Shown: positions 1 through 13,153 of the stretch, in pieces
Layout of the letters: each line of letters opens with the position of its first letter
Numbering within the stretch: the first letter of the stretch is position 1
NCBI GenBank assembly: GCA_010093605.1
Contig: MU004199.1
Coordinates: 1,313,533 to 1,377,532, forward strand
DNA length: 64,000 nucleotides
From: Lophium mytilinum
Taxonomy: Eukaryota
Direction of reading: 5' to 3'
Made by a program: the position numbers and the translations under genes
The notes under the pieces: generated by a model
Database searches by the model: none
What the model saw: only the letters and a program-made list of their open reading frames with translations
Told to the model about the DNA's origin: nothing

Positions 1-860
1 TATCTACTATTATATAGCTTGTGCTCCTAGAGTCTAATATATAATTAGCTTTATTATTAGGGGTATAATAGGATGCTAGAAATACCTTTACTTTAGCTGT
101 ATCTAGATCTATATTAAAATCTCCCTAATTATTAGGGTTAGATTTCTCTGTAATTAAGGATTCTTTCTTATCTTTTAGTAGTTTAAAATACTCTTTAGTT
201 CTAAACTATTTTAGTACCCTTTCTAGAAATAGATAGAAATAATCTTTTATAAGGTGCGTAGCTGTTTTACACTTCTTATAGTATTATTTTTCTATTCTAT
301 TCTTATTTTTAGGCACGAACTTTTTAGTTATATTAAATAGAGCCGTTTCATGCTCTTTAAACTCTTGTCTTCTTATTTTATCTATTAAATTAGAGAATAA
401 ATCATCTAATTTAATATTAGATGAATTTTCTCTATAGGATTATATAACCATTATTATAAAGCTATTATAGGGGTCTATTAGGTTATTTAAAACCCAGGCT
501 ATAATAATTTAATTTAGTAATTTAAGCTTTTTTACTTTTAATTAATCTATTAACTATTTTATCTTATTTAAGTAATCTTCTATAGTTGAAAACTTAGATA
601 AAATAGTATTAAACAGCTCCTTATAAATAAGGAATTTAGAACTAAAGCCCTTTAGGCTATATAGCTTCTTTAGTAGCTTTTAAGCTTCTTTTATAGTAGT
701 AGAATACTATAATTATAATAGAGGACTGTTCTCTATAGTAAGCCTAATAGTGGCTAATGCTTTTACATTATTTTCTGTATTAATAGGAGTAGTACTGCTA
801 ATAGCATTACTATAACTTTTTTCTACTAAGAGAGATTATACTCTTAGAGCCTAAACTTTG
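1..860 (-). mobile_element. RIP-degraded Ty1/Copia gag-protease relic (runs off window start)
   Basis: The reverse complement of 1-860 aligns by eye with ~1880-2336 joined to 5369-5781 of the + strand element, including the protease-like ILDSG remnant. Confidence 0.85.
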
Positions 861-2336
861 TAGTTAGATTAACTAACTAGCTTAGTAATACTGATTTTAT
901 CTACTTTAGATTAAATAAATAGATAGATAGCCCGTTAGGTAAATAGATAGATAGATAAATAGATAAATAGATAGAATTCTATATATCTATGGATTTTTAT
1001 TTAAATAGATAGATTTCTATCTATCCATGTATTTAGCGAATAGATAGATAGATAAATTCTATATATCTATGTATTTAATAAATAGATAGATAGATAGAAA
1101 GAGAAATATTTTGATTTTTAATTGATTTATCTTCTTGTGTTGGATAAGATGGTAGGATAAAAGGTTATAATCTAATCTAGAGTATCTAGATTTAATACGT
1201 AATAGATAATAGATATTGGAAGGTTAATTACGTAGTTTATAATATAATATAAGCTTATAGAAGCTTTATATTAATAAATATAATAAATAGGTAATATTTC
1301 TTTAGTCTAATTTTGTTTATAATAGATTTATAATTCTAGATTACGTTCTAGCTATTATATAGCGGGTTTATAGTTAATAACTTTGTCTCCTTTAATTTTA
1401 GCTTTGTTTTTAGCTTTATTTTATGCTTAAAACTACTTTATAGGGTGGTATAGTCGGTTTATATGCTGGAGATAGTAATTAAGATAGTAAATAGCGTTGT
1501 TTTCGTCTAATATTTAGTTAATTTAAATGATTTTAATTAATATCTAGTTAATTTTAAGATGGAACCTGCCCGTTAGTGCTTTATATAGCTGTAGATTGCA
1601 TAGTGTAATCTAGGCTTATAACCTATTAAAGGTATAGAGTTAATAGGAGAATAGATAGATAGATAGATAGGAATTATATTACTTAAGTTCTATTCTATAT
1701 TAACAGCAATAGAGTATATATATAGTATTTAATGCATTATAAAACGTTTCTCTAATGTTCTTATAATATTATCTAACGTTTATTATATTATGTTTAAATG
1801 CTTATAGTTTTATCCCGTTTAAAGGCTTTTAAGCCTATTATACGTAAGGATATAACGCTTATACTATTATAATCCTTATAGTTTAGGCTCTAAGAGTATA
1901 ATCTCTCTTAGTAGAAAAAGAATATAGTAATACTACTAGTAGTCCTACTCCTACTATTACTATTAAAGAGGCAAATAATATAAAAGTATTAGCCACTATT
2001 AGGCTTACTATAGAGAATAGTCCTCTATTATAATTATAGTATTCTACTACTATAATTAAAGCCTAGAAGCTATAAATAAACCTATATAGCCTAAAGGGCT
2101 TTAGTTTTAAATTTCTTATCTAATAAAGAATTATTTAATACTATTTTATATAAGTTTTTAACTATAGGAGATTACTTAAATAGGATAAAATAGTAAATAA
2201 ATTAATTAAAAGTAAAAAAGCTTAAATTACTAAATTAAGTTATTATAGCCTAGGTTTTAAATTATCTAATAAACTCTATAATAGCTCTATAATAATAGTT
2301 ATATAATTCTATAGGGAAAATTTATATAATATTAAA

Positions 2337-5300
2337 AGAAGAAGCTTACTTATAACCCCCCCTCTCTCTATATATTACCCCCCTATTCTCTATATATTAC
2401 CCCCCCTCCTTTTAACTAGCTCCGGCGCTATATTAATATTATTCTACTAATTAAACTTACTTACTTACCCGCTTATACTTAATTTAAATTTATAATAATC
2501 TATATACTCTCTCTTTTAATATATTAATACTACTCCCTCTATATTATTACTTTACTACTATACCCCTCTAGCCGCCCCCCTAGGGCCGCTATAACTCTAT
2601 TAATAAAGGTATAAAGTCTATTAATATATAGGCAAAGTATAAGAACTATATAATTATTAAATATAATAGAAAAATAGATAAGTAGAGCTCCCCTTAGGTG
2701 CGTAAGATAATAGTTTAATATAAGTGCATAGAAGAGTATATTCTAGCTAATAGAAAGTATAGTATATATACTAAGAAGTCTAATTACCTTATAAAAGGGG
2801 CCTTTATAAGAGATCTACTATAAGGTAATTAGTTCTTCTAGGTTAAGGTTTTAGCTTATAATTATAAGGTATATAGTTCTAAGAATAAAACTCTAATTAT
2901 ATACTAAGATCTTAATAAAAATACTATCTAAACTATTAATAACTAGCTTAATAGAGGCACGCCTATAGGTTCTATTTTTAATAACCTTCTAGCTAAAGGT
3001 AAGAAGGTAATAATATAGGACCTATATAATAAAAAATAGAAATAGAAGAAATTAAAGCTTAATAGCCTTACTCTAACTTAGGCTATTCTTAAGATACTTA
3101 AGATATATAGTAGTAATAACCTAGATACTTATTACTACTATAAATATAAGCTAGATAAAGTAAACTAGATTAAGTACTTATTCTTTATATATTCTATTAG
3201 TATTAAGATACTCTAGTACTATCTAGATATTATACTTCTTAATTATATCTATAAAACTAATTACTTTAAGATACTACTACTATACTTTAATAGCATTAAT
3301 AATTAAGGTAGAAACTATAAGCTTAGCTATTATTTTCTTCTAGAAGAAGAAGAGAAGAACTATATTTTTATAGTGCGGGAGCTTTATCTAATATACTAGC
3401 GCCTAGGCGTTTTACTAGGCGTTTTTATTATAGATAAAGAGCTTATTCTTAAGAATATACTAGCTAAGTTCTTTTCTACTATTTCTTAGATTCTTTATAA
3501 ATAGTATATATAAAAGAATATTACTAGTAAGGCTATAGCTATTTAGAAGAAAGATAAGTAGAAAGTAATAAATACTATAGATCTATAAGCTCTATCTTAT
3601 ACCTCTTAAGATTTATTAGTAGCTAAGATTATAAGAAATATAAGTATATATTATAGCTTATATATATATTTATACTAAAGGACTTATAGTTATAATTAAG
3701 AGTAAATTAAGTATTAAGTATAAAGCTTAATATATTAAACTATATAGACCCCTTACTTATATACCTACTTCTACTAATACTTCTATACTTATTTTTAATA
3801 AAGGTAGAATATATAGAGAAATAGAAAGAAGTTTATTAATAAGTTTAACTTCTACCTATTAGAATCTATAAAGGCGGCATTTAAAGCTATCTAAAAGAAG
3901 ATTATAGAAGAAGATTATATATATAAATAAAAGCTAGTTAACTATCTTACTAAAGAGTAGTAGCCTTTTTAATAGTAGATTACTAAGTACTATACTACTC
4001 TTCTACTATACTTTAGAAATACTATAACCTTACGCCTAAAGGGCTTAAATAGTAGTATTTAGTTCTATCTTTAGATCTTAATAGATAACCTCTATAATAT
4101 AGTTATCTTACTATCTTAATATATTTACTACTAAACTATTAAAAGAAAGAACTAGCTTAGCTGCTAGTATAGAGCTTCTTAGTATAAAGTAAAGATTTTT
4201 AAGTTTACTAAGGTTCTTTAAAAGGTTACTAAGTAGGGCCTAAAGCTACTTACTAGCTAGATTAAGAAGGCTAAGAAGAATAATTTTAACCTAGTTTATA
4301 ATAGAATATTTAGAGGGATATATAGTATACCTTACTATTATAAAATATACTAAAAATTATATACTATAGTAATATCTATATATATAGTTATCTAGAAGAA
4401 TATTTATCTATACTAGTAGTTTAATTATTCTATTCTAAATAAAATAAATTTATCTATAGATTCTCTTCTTTTTATTAAGGCTCTAGCTATTATACTATAC
4501 TATAAAGGGCGCCTAATAGGCTTTACTATACCTTATTAAACTATATATAGCTATAGCTATAGCTATATTTATACGCCTATAAATATAACTTAGTATAATC
4601 TATCTTAATTTAAATATAATGCTTAATAGAACCTAGTAAATATAGCTTAGCGCACGTAATAATATAGTAGAGGGCTAGAATTATATAGGGGAATATTATA
4701 TCTTTAGTAAGCTTAAAAGGCTACTACTTATATAAAATAAGTAGTAAGTATTATAAGTAAATAGAAATTAACTTAATTAATATAGATTAAAATATAGAGT
4801 AGCTAAATTACTATAATAGGCGTCTCTATAGGCACGCTAGAAGTTAAGTAGACTATCTAGATATTAAATAATTCTATATAGTTTATAAATATAGTACTAA
4901 ATTACTCTACTAGATAGGTAGGTACTTTAATAGCTACTTAGAGCTTAATTTATTTAGTCCCTAATAGCTAACTAGGCTCTAAGAATACCCCTATATTTAT
5001 ATCTAAGAAAGAAGCTATCTATAGTAAAGAAACTAGAGAATATTTAGGTATAAGGCTATAGTATATAGGCCTAGTTAGTGTTTCTTTTAGCTAGTAATTA
5101 GATAGTAGCTATCTAGGCGCCTTCTACTTCTAGACTGGCTTTAATAGATAGAGTAAATAGACTTCTAATAGCTAGTATACTATAGCCTTTCTATTTTATA
5201 ATATATACTTACTATTTTATATAGCCTTCTATAAAGTTAAATAAGTAAGTTTAATTAGTAGAATAATATTAATATAGCGCTAGAGCTAGTTAAAAGGAGG

Positions 5301-5368
5301 GGGGGTAATATATAGAGAATAGAGGGGTAATATATAGAGAGAGGGGGGGTTATAAGTAAGCTCCTCCT
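2337..5368 (+). mobile_element. RIP-degraded Mutator-like (MULE) DNA transposon with ~127-bp TIRs
   Basis: TIRs at 2337-2463 and 5242-5368 (AG[A/G]AG[A/G]AGCTTACTTATAACCCCCCC...). Frame +1 from 3121 reads LDIILLNYIYKTNYFKILLL...IIDKELILKN...ILYK*YI*KNI, the RIP versions of the MULE motifs DCTYKTNR, ITDKELAL and LCxWHI. Confidence 0.88.
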
Positions 5369-7077
5369 TAAATTATATAATTTATTTTCTAATTTAATAG
5401 ATAAAGTAAAAAGATAAAAGTCTAAAGAGTATAAAACGGCTCTTTTTAATATAACTAAAAATCTTTTACCTAAAAATAAGAATAGAATAGAAAAATAATA
5501 TTATAAGAAGTATAAAATAACTACGCACCTTATAAAAATTATTTCTACCTATTTCTAGAAAGTAAACTAAAGTATTTTAGAACTAAAGAGTATTTAGAAC
5601 TACTAGAAGATAAGAAAGAATCCTTAATTATAGAGGAATCTAACCTTAATAATTAGGGAGATTTTAGTATAGATCTAGATGCAGCTAAAGTAAAAATATT
5701 TCTAGTATTCTATTATACCCCTATTAATAAAGCTATTTATATATTAGACTCTAGAAGTAAAGAGTTATATAATTATAGATAGAAAGCTAATTACTAGCTA
5801 TAAGAAGTAAGCTACTATATTAAATTAGAGAGGAAATAAAACTACTACTATAGAAGGAGTAGTAACTATATAATTAAAATTAAATAGGAATATATTTATA
5901 CTAGAAAATCGCCTTTTTATACCTTATTTTAGATATAATCTAATAACTATAAGTAAACTAGATTCTATAGAAATAAGCGTTATATTTAAAAATAAAACAG
6001 CTATTATATATAAGAATAATACTATACTAGTAATAGTAATACTTAAAAACTCTTTATACTATATAAATATAGAGAATATAATACTTTTTTTAAACTAAAT
6101 ATATAAATAGATAGATAAAAGCAATTTAGTAAATATATATATAAATAGAAAGAATCTATCTATTTAGTACTAAAGAATAACCTAAATAAGCTCTAGAAAG
6201 CTTAGTATACTATTAGGTATAATAAGAAAAGAACCTATATATTATAAAGCCTATAAAAATAGTAAGATAATAATAAATAAAAAAAAATAAGAAACTAATA
6301 GTAAAACTAAATTTCCTTTATAAAAAGTATTTATTAGATCTAGTAGGGCCTATAAATTTTTCTACTTTAGGGGATAATAAATATATTATTTTCTTTATAG
6401 ATATAGCTTTAAGATATATAGACTATAAGCTATTAGAATCTAAAGATAAAGTTTATAATGCCTTTATAGAATATAAAGCTAAGACTAAAAATATAGAAGA
6501 TAAAAGAAAAATATAATTCTTAAAATCTAATAATAGTAGAAAATATATAAATAAATATTTTAAAATAACTTTACTAAAGAGTAGAATAATCCATTAACTT
6601 TTAAGCCCTTATACGCCGGAATAGAATAGTTTAATAGAATGTATTAATTTTACTATATTTATTATAGTAAGAGCGTTATTATATATAGCTAATCTATCTT
6701 TTAATCTATAAGGGGAGGCTGTAAATGCGGCTATATATATATATAATAGAACGCCGCACTCTAGCTTAAAAGATAAAAAGCCTTTTAAGATATACTATAA
6801 AAGAAAAGCTAAAATAGATAATATAAATTTGTTTAGCTTTATAGCTTATAATAAGGTTAAAACGTAAATAACTAAGTTAGAACTAAGAGCTAAAAAGGCT
6901 ATATTATTAGGCTATAGTTAAATTGCGTATAGACTATTAGATTAAGAAACTAAAAAGATCTTTTAGGTAAGAGATATATCTATAATAGAAGGCTTCCTTA
7001 AGAAAAGAAATAAAAATAATATTAAGAAGAACCTCTTAGAGTAAATCTTTAATATAGAAGTACTAAAAAAATCTAGA

Positions 7078-7239
7078 AATAATAGATAAATAGATAAATA
7101 GATAAATAGATAAATAGATAAATAGATAAATAGATAAATAGATAAATAGATAAATAAATAAATAGATAAATNNNNNNNNNNNNNNNNNNNNNNNNNNAAT
7201 AGATAAATAGATAAATAGATAAATAGATAAATAGATAAC

Positions 7240-7273
<34 letters not shown>
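7078..7273. repeat. (AAATAGAT)n / (AGAT)n microsatellite spanning an N gap (7172-7197)
   Basis: Directly visible tandem units on both sides of 26 Ns. Confidence 0.95.
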
Positions 7274-7919
7274 CTACTTATCTAGTATATATTTTTCTTT
7301 TTTTTCTAGGTTTTTATAGTTATAGAGAGAAAAGGTATCTCTAAGAGATTTTAAAGATAAATTAAATAACTCTTATAGAGATATCTATAGATTAGTTTAT
7401 TCTCTTAAGCTTATAAAAGAGGAGAGCTTATAGCTTAGTATAAGTAAAAATTCTAGATTCTATACTATTACTCTCTAGGGTGCTCTTTTAAAGGTATAGA
7501 GTTAATATAAGAATAGATAGATAGATATATAGATAGAAATTATATTATATTAGTTCTATACTATATTAATAGAAATCTTCTATAGTTAGATATATACTAT
7601 ACCTTTAAGAAGCTAATCTCTATTACTTAATTCTTTTTTAAATATCTTAATTGTATATAGGGTATAAGTAGAAGGATGCATTTCTACTAATAGCACTACT
7701 GGTCATCATATATATATTGGCTGGCATGCGCAATAAGCTATTCCGCACAGCGTTTTGACCCCGCTTCGTCTGGAAGAGCGAAGCTTACACAACCTCTGTA
7801 AGGTACTTAGAAGAACTTGTATTAAACTCTGAGCACAGTCCGACCTCTAACGGGAGACATTTCAAGAGGGTTATTATGGTGTTCTAGTCATGTTGATGCT
7901 CTTCCCAAGCACAGCGCAA

Positions 7920-8798
7920 TCACTTAACCACAAGTCTCTCCAGCGTCTTGTCAACAATGGACAATAGCTCTGCGAGTTTGTTGGGGTCTCTCATCTGTGC
8001 TGGAACATCGTCTCTCGTCCTTGCGAGCGCCTCTCTGACAGCCTCAAACTTCTCTTCTCTCGCAGTGTATTCCCGTATGACTTCGCCTGTGGCGAACTCA
8101 ACATACACTCGTGTGTCCCTAATTCGGAAAAGGACATCGTCCAGCCGCATGAAGAACCGACATAGCAGCAGCATTCGTTCAGGCATGACCCGGGTTTTTA
8201 CCGATAGCATGGCGATGCCGTTGTCCGCCAATTCGTCTTCGTAAAGCATCACATCGTCAAAGAAGAGGATTGGATCAGGGCGCTTTAGTAGTTGTAGTGG
8301 GATGGGCGTTGTCGTAGGCTCGAACGAGGGGTTGGCTACGGGCGTGCTGCCTTTGTAGTCTGTGCTGTACGACCAGTCGAATGGTTTGACAACTTCCTTG
8401 ATATCTTCGAATTGCTTGGATCTGGTAGAGTATTAGTAAATTGAATGTCAAAGGTATTTCTTGCTACAGGGTGAGGAGAGTTACCGGTTCTGCTGCCACT
8501 CCTTCGAATATGACACCTTCAGCATAGCTTCTCCAGTCTTGTCGACGCGATCTAGCGCATCAAAGGCGTTGAACTCAATCTTCCAACTGGTCTCCTTGTG
8601 CTCCACAATCACGAGGTTGTCCCCAAATATCATTTCGGGAGGTGTGATGCCGAGCTTCTTGTTCATTTCTTCGATTGGGCCGGCCTTGAGAATGGGTAGC
8701 TTGCGCGTGGTGATCTTGAAGCCATGCCGCGTGATAGACGTATCCTCGTGGCCGGGGAGGTGTGTATCGACCGGGGCGCCATTGATGCTTGTCGCCAT
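7920..8798 (-). CDS. TIP41: TIP41-like PP2A/TAP42-interacting protein (2 exons, intron ~8422-8484)
   Basis: Motifs KLPILKA, PPEMIFGDN, PFDWSYSTDYKG, LYEDELADNGIAMLSVK and RFFMRLDDVLFRIRDTR; GT..CTAAT..AG intron. Confidence 0.93.
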
Positions 8799-9469
8799 GG
8801 CAGTGCTTCGCGACTGGAGCTCTGAGTGCACGACGGGTGTACTTGGGTGGATGATCAGGCCCCGCTGAGGATATAATGACAGTTCAACACCTTCTGGGGA
8901 GCCTAGAGAGCTATCAGGCGTGCCAAGAGTGCTGCATTACAAGAGCTAATGATATAACAGAGGACCTCATGCAGTGCTGGGAAAGTGTATACAGCCCTGA
9001 CAGCCACTTGCAGGTGATGTTTGATCGTGGTGGGGCAGTGAAGCACCCCGCCTCGAGCAAACTGTCAAGCTAACCATGTGTTCCACAAGCAGCCTCCATC
9101 GAACACGAGGAGATAATCCAAAGCCGTCTGGTGTAACCCAGAGAGCTATCAACTCTGCCAAAACTGGCATTCCTCCTGTCTTGAGAACATGCATGATGAC
9201 CTCAAGCGGTGCCTGTTAGGCGAACAGATGGAGCCATTTTCCTGATGCTTCAGGTCTATTTACGACTCACGAGCCCAATGTCTATCTCGTATATTATACA
9301 CGCAGCTGTTACTATGCCTCTGCAAAGACCGGGAACCCAGGCTAAGCCGTCTGCAAGCCTTGGAATAACCTGCGACAACGCCCAATTTTTTTCCAGAAGA
9401 GCGCTACCAGCACGTATGTAGTGTTGTGGGAAAGAAGCAGATTGGCGACCATTACATAACTCAATCGTT

Positions 9470-10491
9470 TCACTCTAGCTTCTTCATTAATCCACTCCTA
9501 ACCCGTGTATTGACGACTCCTCCGATTCCAAACGCGGGGACGATTCGACCCATGCGCGCGAGACAGCTTTTCGCCCAATCCTTGGTCACCTTAACAGCTC
9601 TTTCTCGCCACTCGGCCCGTTCCCTATTGTATAGATCAAGTCCAAGCAGATGTAGCGGCGTGCTGACCACCTGCAGGGCCGCCGGTGTGATTATCTGAGC
9701 AGCGCTTGCACTGCTAATGTACTTTTGAAGTGAATCGCCCATATACCGAGAGAGGTGCGGTGCTACGAGCGGAGGGAGGTTGAAGGAGGCGAATATGGTA
9801 AGGCTGTCTCTCAGGGCAAAAAGGGCGAACGTGGCCGTGGGCACAGGTCGCGGTGTCGAGTTCGCGGCGCCGAACATCTGGGTAAAGCGACTGTCCTTGT
9901 AGAGACATAGTGCAAGATTACTTGTGGATGTTGCGGCGAATTTGGGTAGACCTGCGGTTACAGTGGAGGCTGATTGGGCGCGCATGGTAGAAGAAGCCGA
10001 GTCGATCGAGTTGGCGGCCATATAGGTACCAAAGTAGAGAGACTACGGAAGGGTCAGCATACGAGCACTCCTGCGAGGCGAGCAGACGTACGAAGATCAA
10101 GGCGAACGGCTTCGAGAAGACGAAGCGCTGAGGTCGAAACAGGAGCTCCACAAATGAGCTCTTGAGGCTGCCCCCCAGTGTATTGCGGCCTGACGCATTC
10201 TCAATGATGCCTCTGCTCGCGGTCAAATCGAGAGGCTCAGTGTTTTCAGCACCCTGGATTGGGACCCTACCGGTCAATGATGGTGATCACAGGCGCGACG
10301 AGGAAGCCAGCTGCAGACGCGGCCGTCACGTCGGCGCAGATCCGAAGGCCAAGCTTGCGCGTATTCCAGGTGGAGGCATCCGGTGTGCCAGCTTGTTTAA
10401 TCGTCCCTGCGAGTGCTTCAGGACTCCAGTCCTTCGTGGATGACGGGGTCTCCGGCGGTAGTCCCGCTGATCGAGAGCGATCCTCTCGCAT
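9470..10491 (-). CDS. Conserved fungal mitochondrial-carrier-like membrane protein (3 exons)
   Basis: Spliced ORFs ADVTAASAAGFLVAPVITIIDR / GIIENASG...SKPFALIF / FALRDSLTIFASF...STPLHLLGLDLYNR...RIVPAFGIGGVVN have hydrophobic helices and a carrier-like pattern. Function uncertain. Confidence 0.75.
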
Positions 10492-10821
10492 TGTTACCTC
10501 CTCTTTCCCAGGTTGAGAATGCTGTGAGGGTGCATGTGGACGGTATGGCTATGGCGAAGAAACCATAGGAAGCTGGCTGACGGCCAGGCTGGTGGCTGGC
10601 TACTCAAAGTCTTTCCAAGCTTGCCAGTAGTCTGGCGTCACAGCGTCGTCGAGAGCACTGCTGCAATTGGCCATGGTTAAGCCGATGGAGGCCGACTTCG
10701 ACGGCACTGTGACGGTCAGAAATGAGTGTCAGTGGTTTATGTCACCAAAATCTTGCTTCAAAGTCTGCATGGTCCAGTAGAGTCTTTGGTGTAATTCGTG
10801 CAACGTGATATATTTCGAAGC

Positions 10822-12795
10822 TCATATCGTCAAGATGCCTTCTTCAGGTGTGTGGACGAGCCAGTTCTCCCAAAATCGCAGACCGTCCAAGCCTTGCTCA
10901 CGACAGAGCGCTCCTCGCTCCTCTGCCATTTCGAGCTCTTCGCTCGCCACTCCAACGCTCCACCCAAACCTCTCTGCCACCTCCTGTGCGGTTACGCCTC
11001 GCCCATACAACCGCCAGTCCCAAGTAACTTCAGATGCTGGTGGCTGGTGATGCAGTTCTCGGAGCCATGAGAGGAGGGCAGCAACCGTCTTCTCGTCTGT
11101 TCGATCTCGCCCTTGCACAACAAGGAGACCGCTTTTGAACATTCGCAGCCGGACAGGCAGCTTGAGCTTGTCCCACAGCCGGGCAGCTTTCTCGAAGTCC
11201 GTCGGACTTACTAACTCCACTCCGCCTCTTGCACGATTGAACACAGCCCACAGGTCTACGAGAGTCATGATGCCGCCTTCTCTTTTGAGGATGCCTCTTG
11301 TATCGTCTGTGAGCCATTCCGCTAGATTCCTAGATAGTTCCGACACGTATAGCAAGTCGGAGCCGGATCCAAGCATGTCTTTCGTCGTGACTAGACCAAG
11401 CGCAGACGCCGATTGCGAGAGAATAGAGCTTGCTTCCGAGCTGCCGTTGGTTCCCAAGTTGGCTTGCGACGCGAAAGACTCTGCTAACGCAATGATTTCT
11501 TTTGCAGATGTCATGAGGGCTTCGAGATCTTCGAAGGCGGTTCCGATGACAAGCTCGTTATTTTTCCTTCGTTCTAGACCTCTTCGTTCGAGGCCTGCAA
11601 TGCCAACGACCTTTTGACGTTCGGGGTCTCGGGGGTTCTGGTCAGAACTCGAATTGTATCCATCGTCGAACGCCCCAGAGAGTCGATTAGGCTTCGGCAC
11701 TGGCGGTGCACTCTGAAGAAGCCATTTCCGTTGTACTAAAGCGTTTTTAAGTCGCTCGAAAAACACCTTCTCTCCTCCTCCGCGGAATGAGAACTTGACG
11801 CTCTCCACTGCCTCGTCTTGCATTGATAACCTAGAAAGGGCAGGCCCGGGGCTCTCAGACCTGGCAATCCCTTTTGCTGATGCTAACCGCTTGTCTTCTA
11901 TTGATACCAACGACGCACCGCAGATCTCACAGGTGAGCAAAGACGGATGGTTTTGAAATGTGCATCGAGGGCATGGGAATGCGGCAGATGAAGCGCTAGG
12001 ACCGAGGGGATTCCTTGAACCCGAAGCCGACGACAAATCTGTCTTGTCTTGATGCGCTCTCTGCGGTATCGGTGCTACTACGTGTGATTGTCTGTTGGTA
12101 ATTGAAGATATCGCCGCCTTCACCACGTGAACTAGCGGCGGCTTGATGCCGCACGCGAGACATGGCGGCAAGGGAGTATGGACATTCGCGGTGGCGGGGT
12201 CGAAGTTTGATGGAACAGGATTTGAAAAGGAGCAGATGGGGCAAATCCAGGTGGCGCTGGCCGCGGTCGAAGGCGCAGGAGAAGATGCAAGAGACCGCAA
12301 GGGACTGCCATGTCTCTCTGGGGGCGTAGAGCTAGAGCTACTTGAAATGGTGCGACCAGCGGCAGTAGAAGGGCTCCTTGTGGAAAACGAGAGCCGTTTG
12401 GAGGGTTTCGGGTGGAAAGTCACCTTCGGGGAGGACTTGAGGAACCCGGCCTACAGTGTCTTAGCAAGAGTATTCACACACTCAGAAGGCTGTCTCACAT
12501 AATACTCAGGACGTTCGACATCCTTGAGGTTTATTGCCACGGAGCACTTCCTTGGTTCTTCGTTGTCTACATAGCAGGCCCGGTGTGAAGTCAAGTACGC
12601 ATGGCCATTCTGGAACTGGGGTATCTTGAATCTCCTACAGCAAGCTCGAGTTAGCACTGCAGTGGCCAGTCGCTCTTAGAACATAGCGACTCACCCCTCG
12701 TACAGCCCAACAGCATCCTGCACGAATAGTAGGGTCTCTTCAGGGAGCAGAGAGGGGCGCAAGGCAGTTGTGAGGTCAAGCTGGTGGAGAAACAT
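10822..12795 (-). CDS. VPS36: ESCRT-II subunit Vps36 (split GLUE domain, two NZF zinc fingers, EAP30 winged helices)
   Basis: Start MFLHQLDLTTALRPSLLPEETLLFVQDAVGLYEG; GHAYLTSHRACYVD; WICPICSFSN and FPCPRCTFQNHP zinc fingers; AFEDLEALM. Two short introns near the 5' end. Confidence 0.93.
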
Positions 12796-13153
12796 TCAGG
12801 ACATGGGGTTTGAAGGAGCGTCGACCACGCAGAGGTCACAGTCTCTCTAGATCGGCGCCCACTGTAGCAGACCTTCGTGGTATGTCAAGGTTAATGATGT
12901 TGGTGATGCGCTGCGGGACGGGACCCGCCAATCCTGATGTTCAAGGGTTCTGTCCACGTGATCAATGCGCTAACACCACCTCACAGCCGTCCGCCTCACC
13001 GTCTCTCCTGCAACCTCCATCTTCCGTCTCCCATTCACCATCTTCCACTCTTCATAGTGTGCTGCCCCTCTCCCTTCCTTTCTACCATAGTTCCTCTGAC
13101 CCCCAGTGCCATCAACTCACAGCCGCAGCGCTCCTGTATCGCTCCCTGCGGCC

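Larger units (their letters stand above)
1625..7575 (+). mobile_element. RIP-degraded Ty1/Copia LTR retrotransposon, interrupted by a MULE and containing an assembly gap
   Basis: Integrase remnants at ~6310-6900 (DLVGPI, SPYTPE*NSLIE, GEAVNAAIYIYNRTPHSSL) follow a protease remnant (ILDSR, ~5742), which is Copia order. An ~85-bp direct repeat at ~1625-1708 and ~7488-7575 is consistent with LTR portions. RT/RNaseH not seen, possibly lost in the N gap. Confidence 0.8.
1..7700. repeat. AT-rich RIP-degraded transposon block
   Basis: Very low GC, strong TpA excess and CpA/TpG depletion, and no long ORFs. Abrupt return to gene-like composition at ~7700. Confidence 0.95.

Noticed and set aside
7172..7197. 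Natural deletion of Copia RT/RNaseH
   Set aside because: Coincides with an N gap inside a microsatellite, so it may be an assembly artefact.
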